Below, in pieces: positions 12,113 to 25,278 of a stretch of DNA of 51,312 nt; within the stretch, counting starts at the first letter, position 1, and every line of letters starts with the position of its first letter. The DNA lies in contig BFEA01000023.1 in NCBI GenBank assembly GCA_003427395.1, positions 583,738 to 635,049 on the forward strand. The letters are read 5' to 3'. The position numbers and the translations under genes were made by a program. The DNA comes from Chara braunii (Eukaryota > Plantae > Charophyceae). The notes beneath the pieces are model-generated. The model saw nothing but the letters and a program-made list of their open reading frames with translations. It ran no database searches and was not told the origin of the DNA.

Positions 12113-14429
12113 CAGACAGACAAACGGCGACGTCACACACTGTCGACACGATTGCACGGTCGCAACAGATCATGTCCCCACCTCGTCAGCCGTCTGAGAT
12201 AGGATCACCATATTGGATGGGTGCAACGGCTGGGGGGGCGGGGAGTAGGTAGGGGGTCGCAACAGATGGCTGGCCGCACGGTTTTGTCCACGACAATACT
12301 GCGCCATGTGGGAAACTTACATGTCGACGAAGATCAGCCACGCATCGCTGGCTTTTCGGAAGGGCATGGCGACAACAGACGAGGCCGAGCATCAGACCTG
12401 AAACGACGGTGGCCTTTCGATGGTATTCTTTCCCAGGCGGTTTCCAGGAATGTGAAGAAAAAAAAAAGTAATTTCAAAAACGAAAAAGTCACAACAATAT
12501 AAGGAAAAACAAAATAATCGACATTTTCCGTTTTTTTACGAGAATGGAAAAATCGGTCGGGGCGATCACTTCGATGTCCGAGGGGAATATCTCGGACATC
12601 GCATTGCGAAGTGCTGACTGTTTCATGACGGTACCACGAATCGAACCTGGACCCGGTAGGCCGCAAGCGACCGGTGTATTGAAAAAAAACAGGCCGATGC
12701 AGGCCTACCAGTAGTTCGAGGGTTTACAGTGGCGGGGGGACTTGTGGTTTAATCGGTCTCAATCTTTAGAAAAAAAAGAAGGTACACAAGAAGGGTACTA
12801 TTAATCTCCAATTTTGACACGATTCATTGTAATCTCGTTTTGTTGTACTCATTAATACAACAATCATCTCCTTCAAATTATACTGAGACAGACAAACATA
12901 TCGCATAAAGGCTATGACACACATAATAGCATACTCACACTACAATTTTTTGGACATAGCTGAATGCAAATCCGACCTCGAATTAACGTATTTGACCATA
13001 ATTATAAGAAAAGTTTAGTATAAAAAGTTATAGTTTGAGAACGTCCTCAATCGAGATAACCTTTACACCCGTGGCTGTTATAAACATAAAATTATCAAAA
13101 CTATAACATTGTTTTTTTCCTCGTTTTTCAATGTATCCTACATGGCGCCGTATGAGTTATAATAGAAGATTAGTCTTGTGCTAGTGGGATTGTGCCGAAA
13201 GGGTGTACCAACGAAGCTAGGTCGTTAGTTATTTGAAACATTTGTTAAAATTACACATATGATATACAAAAAAATAGCATGATCCAGTGCACGGATGACA
13301 CACATAAATCGGGATATAAATTATATAATATATGTTACCAGAGTCGCCCCACCCGGACCGCCCGACCGGGATACCCGGACAAACTCGCACTAGGGGTAAC
13401 CTGCCCCGGAAACCTAGGCGACACAAAAATGAGTTTTTTTTTTTCTTTCTTTTTTTCTTTACTGGCAGTGGGGCAATTTTACGCCCACTGAGACGTGCCC
13501 AACTCATCTTTGAGTGGTGCTATCCCACCAAAGGTTGTCTATGAGGTATAAGCGAAGTTCTGGAGGGCGAGAAGGGCTTAAAATGATGTAAAGGGAAATA
13601 ATATAATTTACTATTTAGTATTTTATTTTTATTTTTTATTTCAGATTCTATAAGTTTTTTTCCCATAAATTGAGGCCCTCTCCAATCTTCCATAAGGAAT
13701 TTTGTGGTCACCCTCCGGTAAAAGATGTTTTTTTGTTTTTTTTTCCCCTTCATTATAAAGTCCAGGGTATTGTAGAGGTTAGTCAGTGATTGCACAGTGA
13801 TCACCTGGAACTGTGAGCCGCAGGTGTCCTTCTAAGACCCCATCACAACCCATCCTCACGTCAATACTCCTAGCGCACCCCGTATCCCACTATCCTACCT
13901 CAGTGTGACCAGCACTCAGGACCATTGCCCTACCCACGAGCAGGCAACTTGGACCGAACAGCACTGATAGGCACCAGGGCTGATGGGTTACCCAGCCCTG
14001 GTGGAAGCGGAATTGGACGAACCTTGTCGAACAAGAACTTCGGACGCCAGGCCCAGACAATGAACTACAGGCCCCCATATATCTAGCCACCAGACAGTTT
14101 TATTCGAATGTCAGTAGGAACCACACCCAATGGCACCCTATCCAACCTACCTGAACCTACTGCAGGCACTAGACCTACCAGTGACTAGCCCCCCAGTCTG
14201 TTTTTTGTGTACATGTATATTCTGTGAATCTATGTTGGCAGTATCATGTGTGGAACATGTGTATATGGTTGTATGCTGCACCCCACCATGGAGCATCTAT
14301 GAAGTGAATAGCCACCAGATCGTTCAGAATCTATCCGAATGACAGTAGGAACTGCACCCAATGGCACCCTATCCAACCTACCCAAACCTACTGCAGGCAC
14401 TAGACCCCACCAGTGACTAACATGTGTGT

Positions 14430-14869
14430 ATTGTATGAAGTCATATGTATATATATCAAGGAGAGGACGGGGCAAGCTGGACAAGAACCCCCCCCCGAGG
14501 ATCAAGCCAAGCTCGAACCCGTGCCCTGTAACGTGTAAATCCAAGACTCTACCATATGAACAACCACTAGATATGGATCAAACGTGTGATATGCCAGACT
14601 GGGGAGAAACCAAAACACCTGCAACCAACACCCCAAGCAAACCCTGTGACACCCACAACCAACATACAATACCGTGGACTACCCTTGGGTGGTGCGCAAG
14701 CAGTGTCTGTAATAGTACCATGCGTCAGCCCAAGGGAATGTGTGTCCAGCCGTGCGTCAATCTAACGCCCTGCCGGTGTCCATGCGCAAGGCTGTAGGGT
14801 TTTGAACCTGCAACCTTATACCACAAAGCGCATTACCAACCGGTGCTCTAACCACCGAACTACATCAAC
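14430..14869 (-). mobile_element. tRNA-derived SINE-like element
   Basis: Minus-strand head 14869-14791 with A-box-like TAGTTCGGTGGTTAGAGC and B-box-like GGTTCAAAACC; too degenerate for a tRNA gene; 3' boundary approximate. Confidence 0.6.
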
Positions 14870-14910
14870 TGGACAAAAGATGTTTGGTTTGCAATTCTGC
14901 ATGACATCAT

Positions 14911-16130
14911 TTGTTTGTTTGTTTGTTTGTTTTTTTTTTTTTTTTTTTTTTTTCGCACTGGGAAATTCTTGCTAGTATAATCTTAGTTGACGCCGGATGG
15001 CAGGAAGGGGAAAATTGGTCCTAAGGTTGCTGGGTAAATGTGGTGGGTACGCAGGCAGAGGAGGGATTAGTGTTCAGCGGGTAGGTTTTATTAGAAGGGC
15101 GGGGTGAGGTGACAATGGTCGGTGCTGGAGTAAGGTGCTCTGTAACCAGGGGTGGAGCTTGAGACTATTGGAGATATGCCGAGGGTGGGAGGCATAACCA
15201 TCCTGTTCAACGCAGCTGAAGCCGGGGTAGTGACCCTGTAACCTTGGGGCTTTTCAGCTAAGGAAGTCGAGGGAGGAAGACACTTCTTGACCGTCAAAAT
15301 CAGCTCGGTCGGTACTGGGGCAGTTGGTGTTGCCCTGTCATCCTAGCAGGGGGGGTATGAGACCTGGCGAGTTCTGGTGGGAGGACTGAACATCTGGGCT
15401 ACGGTCTTTCCTCTGTGGTGCGAGGAGAGAGCTGGATGGTTGGTGGTTTTGTTTTCCTCTCTTCCTGTGTTTAGGCCAACCAGACTTTTCTCGTATGTCC
15501 TTAGTTTAAGTTCTTGTGAAATTTTCTGACAGGTTTCTGCCTATGATCAGGGAGATTGTGGATAGAATGTCAGGGGGGAAGGAGAAGTTGAGAACTGAAA
15601 GATGGGAGGAAGCAAGGGGGGTTCAACATGGGAAGGGACGTCTGTCTAAGTAAGTGGGTCAGAAGTACAAAGTTGGGACGACGCAGACCGGTGTTGGAGC
15701 TTTTGCTCTGTAACCTGGGGGAGCAAGAGGTCTGTGGAGTTATGTCGAGGGAGGAAGGCATAACCAGTTTGTCCGACGTAGCTGATGCCGAGGGTTTCCC
15801 TGTAACGTAGGGGCGTGTGGCTAATCGAGAGTGTCGAGGGAGGAAGGCACTCTTTTCCGTCTGCACCAGGCTGGTCGGTACTGGGGAAGTCTGTGTTGCT
15901 CCGTAACCCTAGCATAGGGGGGTATGAGATCAGTTGAGTTCTGGTACGCGGACTGAACGATTGGACTTAACGCTTTTTCGCTGGTTGAAAGGGAGGTGTA
16001 AACAGTAGGAGGTTTAGATAGGATCTTCTGTTTCCAGGTTGGATTGTGGTCGGGTAGATCATAGGCAGTTTTTTCTGAGAACTGCAGTTGTTTCTCATAG
16101 GTAATCAATGGATTGTTTTCCTAGCTGAAG
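14911..16130 (-). mobile_element. Non-coding retroposon / LINE 3'UTR fragment with A/(AAAC)n tail and internal duplication
   Basis: T-run and (TTTG)n at 14911-14953; 15165-15400 is similar to 15738-15960; 5' boundary approximate. Confidence 0.5.
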
Positions 16131-16186
16131 CCAGGTAATGGCCCCGGAACTTCAAAGGTGTTACATATTCTCAGTTGTACTTCTAA

Positions 16187-16240
16187 GGGACGCTGAGCCC
16201 GGTTCTCAGCACGTTATGCTCCCCACGAATAGATTGGAGC
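16187..16240 (+). other. Conserved structured-RNA module, copy A
   Basis: GGGAC-GCTGAG-CCCGGTT-CTCAGC-ACGTTAT-GCTCC-CCACGAATAGATT-GGAGC. Confidence 0.7.
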
Positions 16241-19101
16241 TTTTGTTCCCCCCCCCCCCCCCCCCCCCCTCCTCCCCCCCAAAGAAAAAGGGGACTGTTC
16301 TAGAACTTGACCGGGACTTTGCCTGGACCTGGCCCGGCTCGGCCACCCGGGCCAATCTGAGGCAACCTGGGCCGCCCGGCTGCTAACATAGGATACAATC
16401 CTTTTCTTTGTCCTGGTTCCCTTCCGCTTCACTTTTTCCGGCGTCTGCTTGGTGCCAGCGCAGCCCTTACACTATTCCGAGACATGCCGGTCGACTTTTC
16501 CTTCCACATTTTCTGAGACACTCTAGTAGGAAGATCTTCCCACTAGAACCATTACTGCCCTGCACCAATTTTGAGCAGGTCCAATCCTTTTCTGCCACGT
16601 CCTTCTTGACAAGTGGATAGGGAAGTCCTATGCGGGAAGTCGGTTCGGCACTACTATGTGGGCCACGTCAAACTATGTGGACCGGGTAGTCCTATGTGGG
16701 CAGGGTGGTATTATGTGGTGTGAGCGATAGTAAATGGGCTGCGTGACGCTATGTTAGGAGGGTCATACCACGTGGACTTGGTGGTATTATGTAACCCAGG
16801 TGATACTATGGGGGATGGGTGGTACTATGTGAGGTATGTCATAGTATGTGGAGCGGATCATGGCACTGCAAGCTGGCTGGTACAGTGTGGGGTACAGTGT
16901 GGTACAAACAACCAAACGCCAAACAAACGAGAGAAAAAAAAAAACACTGAAAAAAGTCCATAAGGACGAATGGTATACCCATCAACTGTTGACTTTCAAA
17001 TCTATATAAAAAAGGCACCCTAAGGGTATACTCACATAAGGAGTTTTTATTTCGAGCTCTCGATGTGATTGTGGCCAGATTCATCAAGGTACCCCCTTTT
17101 TTTAATAAACAGAGGGGTGCAACATGTTATATCTCAGGGCAGGCTCAAATACAACACATTCTCCAACTCCAGGCTGAACGTCCAGGAAAGTTATAGATGC
17201 TCTGATTGCATCACAATTCGAGCTCATGCTGTCTCCAATTTGCTGCCACAAACCAAGTGTCAGCTTGTATTTGAACACTGTTGGCCCTTCTGTTCGTATG
17301 GAACTCGCTCATCTGTCTTGCCATAACTCGTTTTACNCCCCCCCCCCACCCTCCTCTTTTCTCGATTCTAGTTTCCACATCGATCAGAGCTCGTCACATA
17401 CCCTGCCTTTGGTTCCAGATCCCAATGAAGTTGAATAAACTGATAAGAAAACACATGCTCGTGTGCACAGGACATGGATCCAAAGCATCACGCCAAGCTT
17501 CGAGCCCCTCACCTCTGGATCTCGACATGGCCAAAATAAAAAAACGGAAACGGAAAATGACAGCAAACAGAAATAAGAACGGCCCCCCAACCGTGACACC
17601 CGATTCCAACGAACTGGGAAAAGAAGAAGACTGTGTGTGCACAGCCTTGGTGCTTGTCACTGCTGTCTGGTCCAAGTTGCCCTCTATACTGGCAGGGTGA
17701 TGGTCCTGAGTGCTGGTCACACTGAGGGAGGACAGTACGGACAGGGGGTGCGCTGGGAGTATTAATGTGGGAATGGGTAGGGTAGGTGGCCTATTCTGTC
17801 AGGACAACGATTGGCTGCCACTGCCAGCTATCACCACGGGTCTGGTCCTTGCCCTCTACAACGCCCTGGGCTATTTTTTGGTTTTTAAGGGAAAAAAAAG
17901 AACGTGTGTGCACAGACAATGCAACTTCAAAGCAGCACGCAGGGACTCGAGTCACTGACCTCTGCAACACGAAACGACCCAAAGAGAAACAAAAAACGAC
18001 AAAATCAAAGAGGATGAACGGCGCTAACTGAGAAAAAATGAACACGCTAAGGGGAGAAAAACAACAAAATCGCGATGCGCTAACGGAAGGGTCAGATAAA
18101 TCATCCTTGTGTCAGATAAATCATCCTTGTGATGTGAATGGTCAACCCTCGCCTGCGAGTGCCATAATCATAAGCTGAGGGATGGACTCGACCCTGTGCA
18201 AGGACAACAATCGGTGCACTTAGGAGGCGTAGTAGGAATAAGAAGGAAAGGGACACACTCTCCGGGTGGGAGGAAGGCAAGTTCCTCGATAAACCTCCCT
18301 AGGACTGCTTGTATATTGGAAGGAGCAATTGTGTGAGAACCAAACGAAGTCTCATGAAGTGTCGTTCATTAAGCTAAAAGATACGAGCTACTCCTTACAA
18401 CCAGACAAGTGAGCTACAACTCCCCTTACGCCCAAATCTTGAGGGCCCGTCCCTATCCGTTATGAATCAGAAGGTAGGGATGACCCCGAGACAAACCCCT
18501 CTTAGGATAAGGTTGACCCGTGCCCGTTGAGAGCAAGGCACACATTTGGGGCGGGGCCCTGCAACAGACACAGTGGGTGGGCGGGCAGGCGGGTTGGCAG
18601 GCGGCCGAGCAGGGAGGGGAGAGGGAGAGGGATGGAGGGACCACTCCCTCCCCCTCCCATGTCAGCTCTGTCCAAACCTCCTTTTCTTTTATCCCCATAC
18701 TCGGCTTCGTGCAGAGCTTGTTGTCAGTTTAGGGATGGAGGCTCATGGTAGAGGCTAGGGGTGGGGTGGGGTTGGTGGTCCTCAACCCTTCTACATTTTC
18801 CCCCTGCTCCTTCACCAAGGGGTCCATTTTGGTTGTCGAGCCGGTCTTAAAGAACCAGTACATGTGCACCTGGGCTGCAGACCTGACACCTCAAATTCTG
18901 GAAGCGCAAAATGAAAATGCGACCGCTGATCCAATTTATCAACGGCAGGCCCAGCATTTGACGTTTCGGACTTGTTTTCTTGTGGCGACAAGTTTCTGAC
19001 TGCAAGGCTGGAGCCGTGTACTAGTGGTTTAAGCTGCGGACAAAGGGCTGTGGGTGAGGCTTTGGGTTGGGAATGGGTGGGGTCGGGCGGGAGGTGCGTA
19101 G

Positions 19102-19150
<49 letters not shown>

Positions 19151-19259
19151 NNNNNNNNNNNNNNNNNNNNNNNNNNNNNNNNNNNNNNNNNNNNNNNNNN
19201 NNNNNNNNNNNNNNNNNNNNNNNNNNNNNNNNNNNNNNNNNNNNNNNNNNNNNNNNNNN

Positions 19260-19318
<59 letters not shown>

Positions 19319-21677
19319 TCTAACGCCCCTAATGATGGTAGCAGATGCCAGGAAGACATTTCTAGCAAAATTAGACTTTTGTGGACTGTAGCCTTGCAGC
19401 TAATATCAGGCGCGAAGTGCTAGTCACATAGATCTGAAGGAGTTCCCACCCAGGTCCAACGCCTTTCAATGATGATAACGGCTGGGATTGTTGACTCTGG
19501 CAAAGAGTGACCATAGCAGCTAGAGCACCAAAGCAGGAAGGCGGGTTTGCTGGCTCTGCCAGAAAGCAAAGCACATTGAAAGCAGGAGAGAAAGATTAGC
19601 ATAGCCAATTTGAAACTTCCAACTGGTATTGACCATAGCAACTGGTGTCCCGAGGCAGGAAAAATTATAGTCAAAGTCCAACTTCTATTGAGCATAGGAA
19701 CCAGATCTAAAGAAGTTTGGAGGTCCTGAATATAACTTACTTATCATCTCTCATGCCGACTCGGCCAGTCAATTTATAGTAATTTTATACATGTCAACCA
19801 CTCAAAAAAATGCCTGGCATTATCTACTGCGCATAGACATTGATAATTGCTCTGGCAGGTTATACATATCAGAGCTGGGGACGGAAACAAGGATGACAAA
19901 GGGGGAGCTCTCCAATCACTCACACACTTGCATTGCATTGTTGCCGTTCACCGACCACCATCACACGCTTGCATTGTCCTCGTCCAACTGCGTCACGTCT
20001 TTTCTTCGTCCTCATCCAAGACCACCTATCTCCAGACTGCAGTTCGACCTCTGCCATCGTCATTCCTAGCAAACAGCAATGGCGGAGCCCGAACCACCGC
20101 ATACGCAGATTTGGAAGGACTTTGTGTGCATAAGTCCACGCTCTGCCATCGCCTCTCGATGGCAGAGAGCTCAATCCCCCGTACACACAAAGTCCCCACA
20201 CAATCAATAGACTGTCGCCCAAGGAAGACTACACTGAGAATACCCCCCCCACACCCAGTAGACTGTGGACACAAAAGACCAGACAAAGACTACCCCCCCG
20301 AACATTTTTCTGCCCCGCGCTCAACCCCCGACCCCTTACACCACCCCTGACACCAACCGCGTACCAACGCTGACAGTCACATAGACCAAAAATTTGCCCA
20401 CGCGTACAACCCCACCAAAACATATCCACATCCCGCCTACCCGAAGCCCAAACGCCACCATCTGCCAGTACAGCACTCCTGACGCGACCGTCTGCCAGTA
20501 CAGCACTCCTGACACCAAGCATCGACCATGTAGTGCAAAACTGTGTCCCCATGCAGCCTGCCTGAAGCCCGAACGCGACTCTCTGCCAGCACAATGAGTC
20601 CCAAGCCCTCTGCCACCACAACCAGTCCCAAGCCCTCTGCCACCACAACCGTTCCCACACCCTCTGCCAGCACAACTGTTCCCAAAACCCAACAGCACAA
20701 TAATGCCCGCATACATACAGAGCTTCTTCACCAATAAAGACAAAGCGTGATGGGGAAGACATGCAATGACAGCCGTCCTACCACCATCTTTTCATCCGCT
20801 AGAATAGGGGCCACAGGAGCTCAGAAAGGGACTAGGGGTAGGACTGAGAAGTGATTGGAAACAGAGGGAGCCTGTGAGCCCAGGGAGGAAAACAGCAGAC
20901 AACGCAGCCTAGACACAAATAATGGGGCAGTTTCGGGCACTACTCCAGAACACTGAAACAGGGGTCAGTGAAAGATAGAGAGTGGTAGTTGATGCAGGTT
21001 GAGAATGTCAGGGTCAGTGAAAGATAGAGAGTGGTAGTTAATGCAGGTAGAGAATGTCAGTACTCCTCCTTGGGCTAGCAGATGTTAGCAGCAGCAATCA
21101 CCAAAGGACACTTCTCTCATTAAGGGACGCTGAATCCGGTTTGCAGCAGGCGCAGCTTTTCACCAACAAAACGGATCCCATCTTCTGGAGGATGCTCTTG
21201 TCACATCCAAAAGTGAAATCACCTGCGATCCTGAGGATGATTTAATTAAAACATAAAAAGTTAAAAACGACTGTGACTATTGAGAAAGTATCAGACTCTG
21301 ACTTGCTAAATGCAGAAGCCATGATTGGAAAAAATGGCCGCCATTCTTGAACGCAAGAAAGCTTAGTGCTTACGCTTTTGTCGCCTTGAGAGTAACTGGT
21401 GGATGCTTGGATGGAAGTGTTTGACACTTTTCAGCCGCTGCCCCCCTCACTCTTTTTTTTCCTGTTCTCGTCTTGTTTTAACAAGAAACAGGACCTCACA
21501 AGCCTGGCATGATGTTCATTCTGGGCCGCAACGGTCCGGTTTCTTCTCCACCGGCAAGCCACCAAAGTTACATACAAAACAGGAATACACTAGATGCTTC
21601 CTTCCAAAGTTTGAATCCCAAGTTCGTCGAACCCTCTTTTTGCTGACCCGGATTTCTGCTGCGTGCCAAAAAGAAAA

Positions 21678-22045
21678 TGAACTGGCGTGCGCACAAAAAG
21701 GTTTCTTTAGGCCTGGTACTGCCAACCATGTTGGTGGGGCAAACAAAGCCCCTGTGGACACGGCGGGTATACCGCCACATCCAAACAAAGTAGCTGGGAA
21801 AGGCACTGCTGGATTAAGGCCAACGGACCCCTGACCAGCATGGATTGCTCCTTTCGAGGAGGATTGAACTGGCGCGGGCACAAAAAGGTTTCTTTAGGCC
21901 TGCCATCCATGTTGGTGGGACAAACAGAGCCCCTGTGGACACGGCTTGTATACCGCCGCATCCAAACAAAGTAGCTGGGAAAGGCACTGCTGGATTAAGG
22001 CCGAGGGACCCCTGATCAGCACGGATTGCTCCTTTCAAGGAGGAT
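21678..22045. repeat. Tandem duplication, ~187-bp unit x2
   Basis: Units start TGAACTGGCG at 21678 and 21865. Confidence 0.9.
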
Positions 22046-23090
22046 CGACTGTCAGATGGCCTTCCCTTCTGAGATTCCTCAAACTGATGGTCATGTCCGA
22101 TACACATGACCTAGGAGGATTGACTTTTCGATACACATTACCGATAAGAACCTCTCCATCTCGGCCTGTTGTCGATGATCATAGCAATTTAAGGGGCTTT
22201 GCTTCCAGGATAGAGAGGCGCTGCTTCCAGGAATGGCATGGCCACGTTCCTGAAGTGATATCCCAATTTCTCCATCTCGGCCTGTTGTCGATGATCGTAG
22301 CAATTTGAGTTTTAAGCCTTCAGCAACCACACGTGTATAAAATCTTTCTTCGTGGCCTCGGGGCATGTTGCCGATTGCTGATTGCCGATATTTGGATGCG
22401 TGCTGATCTTTGGATACGTTAAGGCTCTTGCAAGTTTCGGTGACTACTTCGCATTTCTTGATCTCACGATTTATAGGTGGTATCAAAAGATGTGAAAAAA
22501 AAAAAAAAAAAAAAAAAACAGGGAAGAGTATGGCTAAATGGTACACACCATACTGGCATGTGTGTGTGCGCACTGTGCCACATCCACGGCGAAAACGGAT
22601 GTATAAGAGCTAACAGACCCCAACGATGTAGTCATTAGCGACTCAATGATAGGCCTAGGCCACAGTGCTACACAGCACCGGCCCCATCAGGATACCCCGG
22701 TGGGTCAACTCAACTGTCTGGGCTGTCAGAAGATTTGTTTTCCCCTTCTTTTTATTTTGCGGTGCATTTCTTTTTTTCACAACTGGGTGCGGCTTGCGCC
22801 ACCGCATTTCTTTCATCGTGCACCACATCTGCCTCTGTTTTCTGTGCATGCTGTGCGCCGCTTGCGCCACCGCATTTCTTTCATTGTGCTCCATATTTGC
22901 CTCTGTTTTGCAGTGGATGGCAGCGAGACATCTACGGCTAACCCTGCCATTGCCTACCACGGCACAGCAACTATGGGTGGGCAAAGGAAGCCGGGGGAAT
23001 AGGAACCGGACTGTCGCTCCCCAGAATGGCAGGAGCCAGAACCTCTTTTTTTCTTTTTTCTTTTTTTGAAGGAAGACAACAGTATAGGAG

Positions 23091-23128
23091 CTGTCTCTTA
23101 TACACATCTAGATGTGTATAAGAGACAG
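23091..23128. other. Nextera mate-pair junction adapter (Tn5 mosaic ends); assembly artefact
   Basis: Exact CTGTCTCTTATACACATCT+AGATGTGTATAAGAGACAG. Confidence 0.98.
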
Positions 23129-24247
23129 GGGGATACCAGACCCAGAACAGCAACTGAAGGCCCTTCAAACAAAGTGGATACTCAAGCTCATTACACATCC
23201 CCAGCTACCATGGGTACCAGAGCAAAGGACCAAATTAGAAGGTTGACCAAGTATAAAACCCCTCCCACCATGGAGGGACTACCCCTCCCACCATGGAGGG
23301 ACTATTTTGGTAAACGTGTTAAAAGCTGGGATAGGAAAGGAAGAGGAACAGGAGGAGGGAAGAATGGGTGTGACAGGGGCCAGGAGGTGGTCGTATTGGG
23401 CACAGCTTCTGAAACTGTGCTCGGAAATCTTCCCAGCAAAGGTAAGAGAACCGAACACAAGGGAGAAAGTCCTTAGACAGCCACTGTTGTGCACAGCAGT
23501 TTGCAAGGACTCACAGAGGAAACCCAGGATGCTCACAGCAAAAGACTCCTAAGTGGGGAACCTGGCTCGAGCACGACATATGGCAGGTGAGGCACCTCTG
23601 GTCTGAATACAATCACTGGTGGAAGACAACGCGAGAGCTAACAAGGGAGATGAAAGGAAGCCATAGATTGTTAGAAAACCTTTAATGACGTCCTGATCTA
23701 TTCCCAAGAAGTGGACCAGATTATTGAAGGGACCGCAGCTTTGGGGGTTGGGGGAATGGGCCACATGGAAGCACAGCGGGACACCAACGAAGGCTTGCAG
23801 AACAGGCGGACAGACGGGACCGGGAGGGGAATGGTTGAGCACGGAGATGTAAAAAAGACAGGTCCCGGGAGCCCACACAAGTCAGTTCGACAAGCAGACA
23901 CGCACCCCGATCACCACAAAGAAAGATCACATCAGGAACGTAAATTCTTCGGTGTCTATCGTAACTTCGTAAGAGTGATAGACACCGAAGAATTTACGAT
24001 GTTCGCACCGACAACAGCAGTACAGGATTATTATACAACACAGCTGGGATACAGGCTCTGGAAAAGGTCTTATCTGCCGGCAGGATACTTAGCCTTGAGA
24101 TGTGAAAAGAGAGTGGAGGTACGTACCCAGGGAAAAGGTAGCAATCTTTGTTGCAAACTATTCGCTTAGGCAAGGTTCGGATCACACAATGGCTTATTTT
24201 CCACGTGTCATTGCCAGTCAACCCATGGTTGTATGAGCGACGAAGCC

Positions 24248-24387
24248 GTTTTTTTTGTTTTTTTTTTCCGAACAACACCCCCTCCAGTGTTAGTGGTGCT
24301 GATAAGAGCAGGCACCACTAGCACCTGGGGAGAGGCTCCATCTATTGGTGGGGAGCATCACCTGCTGGAAAGCGGGTCCAGCGTCCC
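24248..24387 (-). mobile_element. Short poly(A) retroposon carrying structured module copy B (24387-24335) plus an extra hairpin
   Basis: Minus strand: GGGAC-GCTGGA-CCCGCTT-TCCAGC-AGGTGAT-GCTCC...GGAGC, then TAGTGGTGC/GCACCACTA stem and A-tail. Confidence 0.7.
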
Positions 24388-25278
24388 ATGTACAGACTGA
24401 GATTGGAGTGCAGTAGAGAAATGTGCACTCAGTGCAGAGAAGGGATACCAGAGACAGTGGTGCATTGCCTCCTGCAATGCCCAGAAGCGGTATACATTTG
24501 GGCGGAAGCCAGGGCACTGTGGGGACTAATAGCAGATAGTCCCTTCCCCGAGAACATGGAGATGCTTGTGGTGGGAAGTGAGGTCCCCCAGACATGGCAG
24601 CAACACCAGAAAGTGCATCTTTCAGCTCCTAAGGCCATACGCACTCTGGACGATGTGGAAGCGCAGGTGCCAACAGGCGATTGGGAAAAGACCAATGCAC
24701 AGATTGGAAGCGATAGAGATTTATTATACCCTGCTGGAAACTGATATACGGGCACAATGGCGGCGGGCAAAAGTAGACAGGGGAACCAGAACCCGGCTAG
24801 GCCGAGGAATTAATGGGGAGGTTCCAGAAAAAGGTGCGGACCCAAGGAAAAGTGGCTACAATAGAAGGAAATAGGAAATAGGTTCTTATGCCAATGGTTC
24901 AGGGAGAGACAGTCTCAGACCTTGTTAGGGACGCGGAATCATTGATCCCAAATAGGGGATATTCAAATAATAGGCATTGAAAAGGAACCGAAAAGTCTGG
25001 GACAGGCTTGGTAGAAGACGGTAGAAAATAGTTAAAGAAGTTCGGGAGGACAGTAGAAGCAACAGGAGGAGTTAGGGTTTAGGGTTTTAGCTCAAGATTA
25101 GGCGTTACACTGGTTACAGGGAAAAGCTGGTTATCTTTTCTCATCCTTCTCGGGTCCCTTATTGGGTCCTGTCAAAAGCGTAACTCTGGGTAATGCTCCT
25201 AGTTCCGGCCTTTATGTCGGGTGGCCGGCCCCTCTTCTTCAAATTGCGCAATGGAAGCGTTAAAAAAAAAAAAAAAAA
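24388..25278 (+). mobile_element. 5'-truncated L1-type LINE (zf-RVT end of ORF2, 3'UTR, poly(A))
   Basis: CTQCREGIPETVVHCLLQCP = CxxC...ET..H....C motif; frameshifted C-terminus; poly(A) at 25262-25278. Confidence 0.8.

Noticed and set aside
12620-12720. Second tRNA-like/SINE head on the minus strand (GGTTCGATTC)
   Set aside because: B box only; no convincing A box or cloverleaf.
14791-14869. Functional tRNA gene
   Set aside because: Acceptor and anticodon arms do not pair properly; better read as a SINE head.
16950-22500. Possible decayed minus-strand transposon gene (e.g. ELEIKTPY resembling a YqaJ-type nuclease motif)
   Set aside because: Fragments are full of stops and no motif series could be confirmed without a profile search.
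23130-24170. ORFs that may be a LINE ORF1 remnant
   Set aside because: No recognisable domain; adjacent to the adapter artefact.
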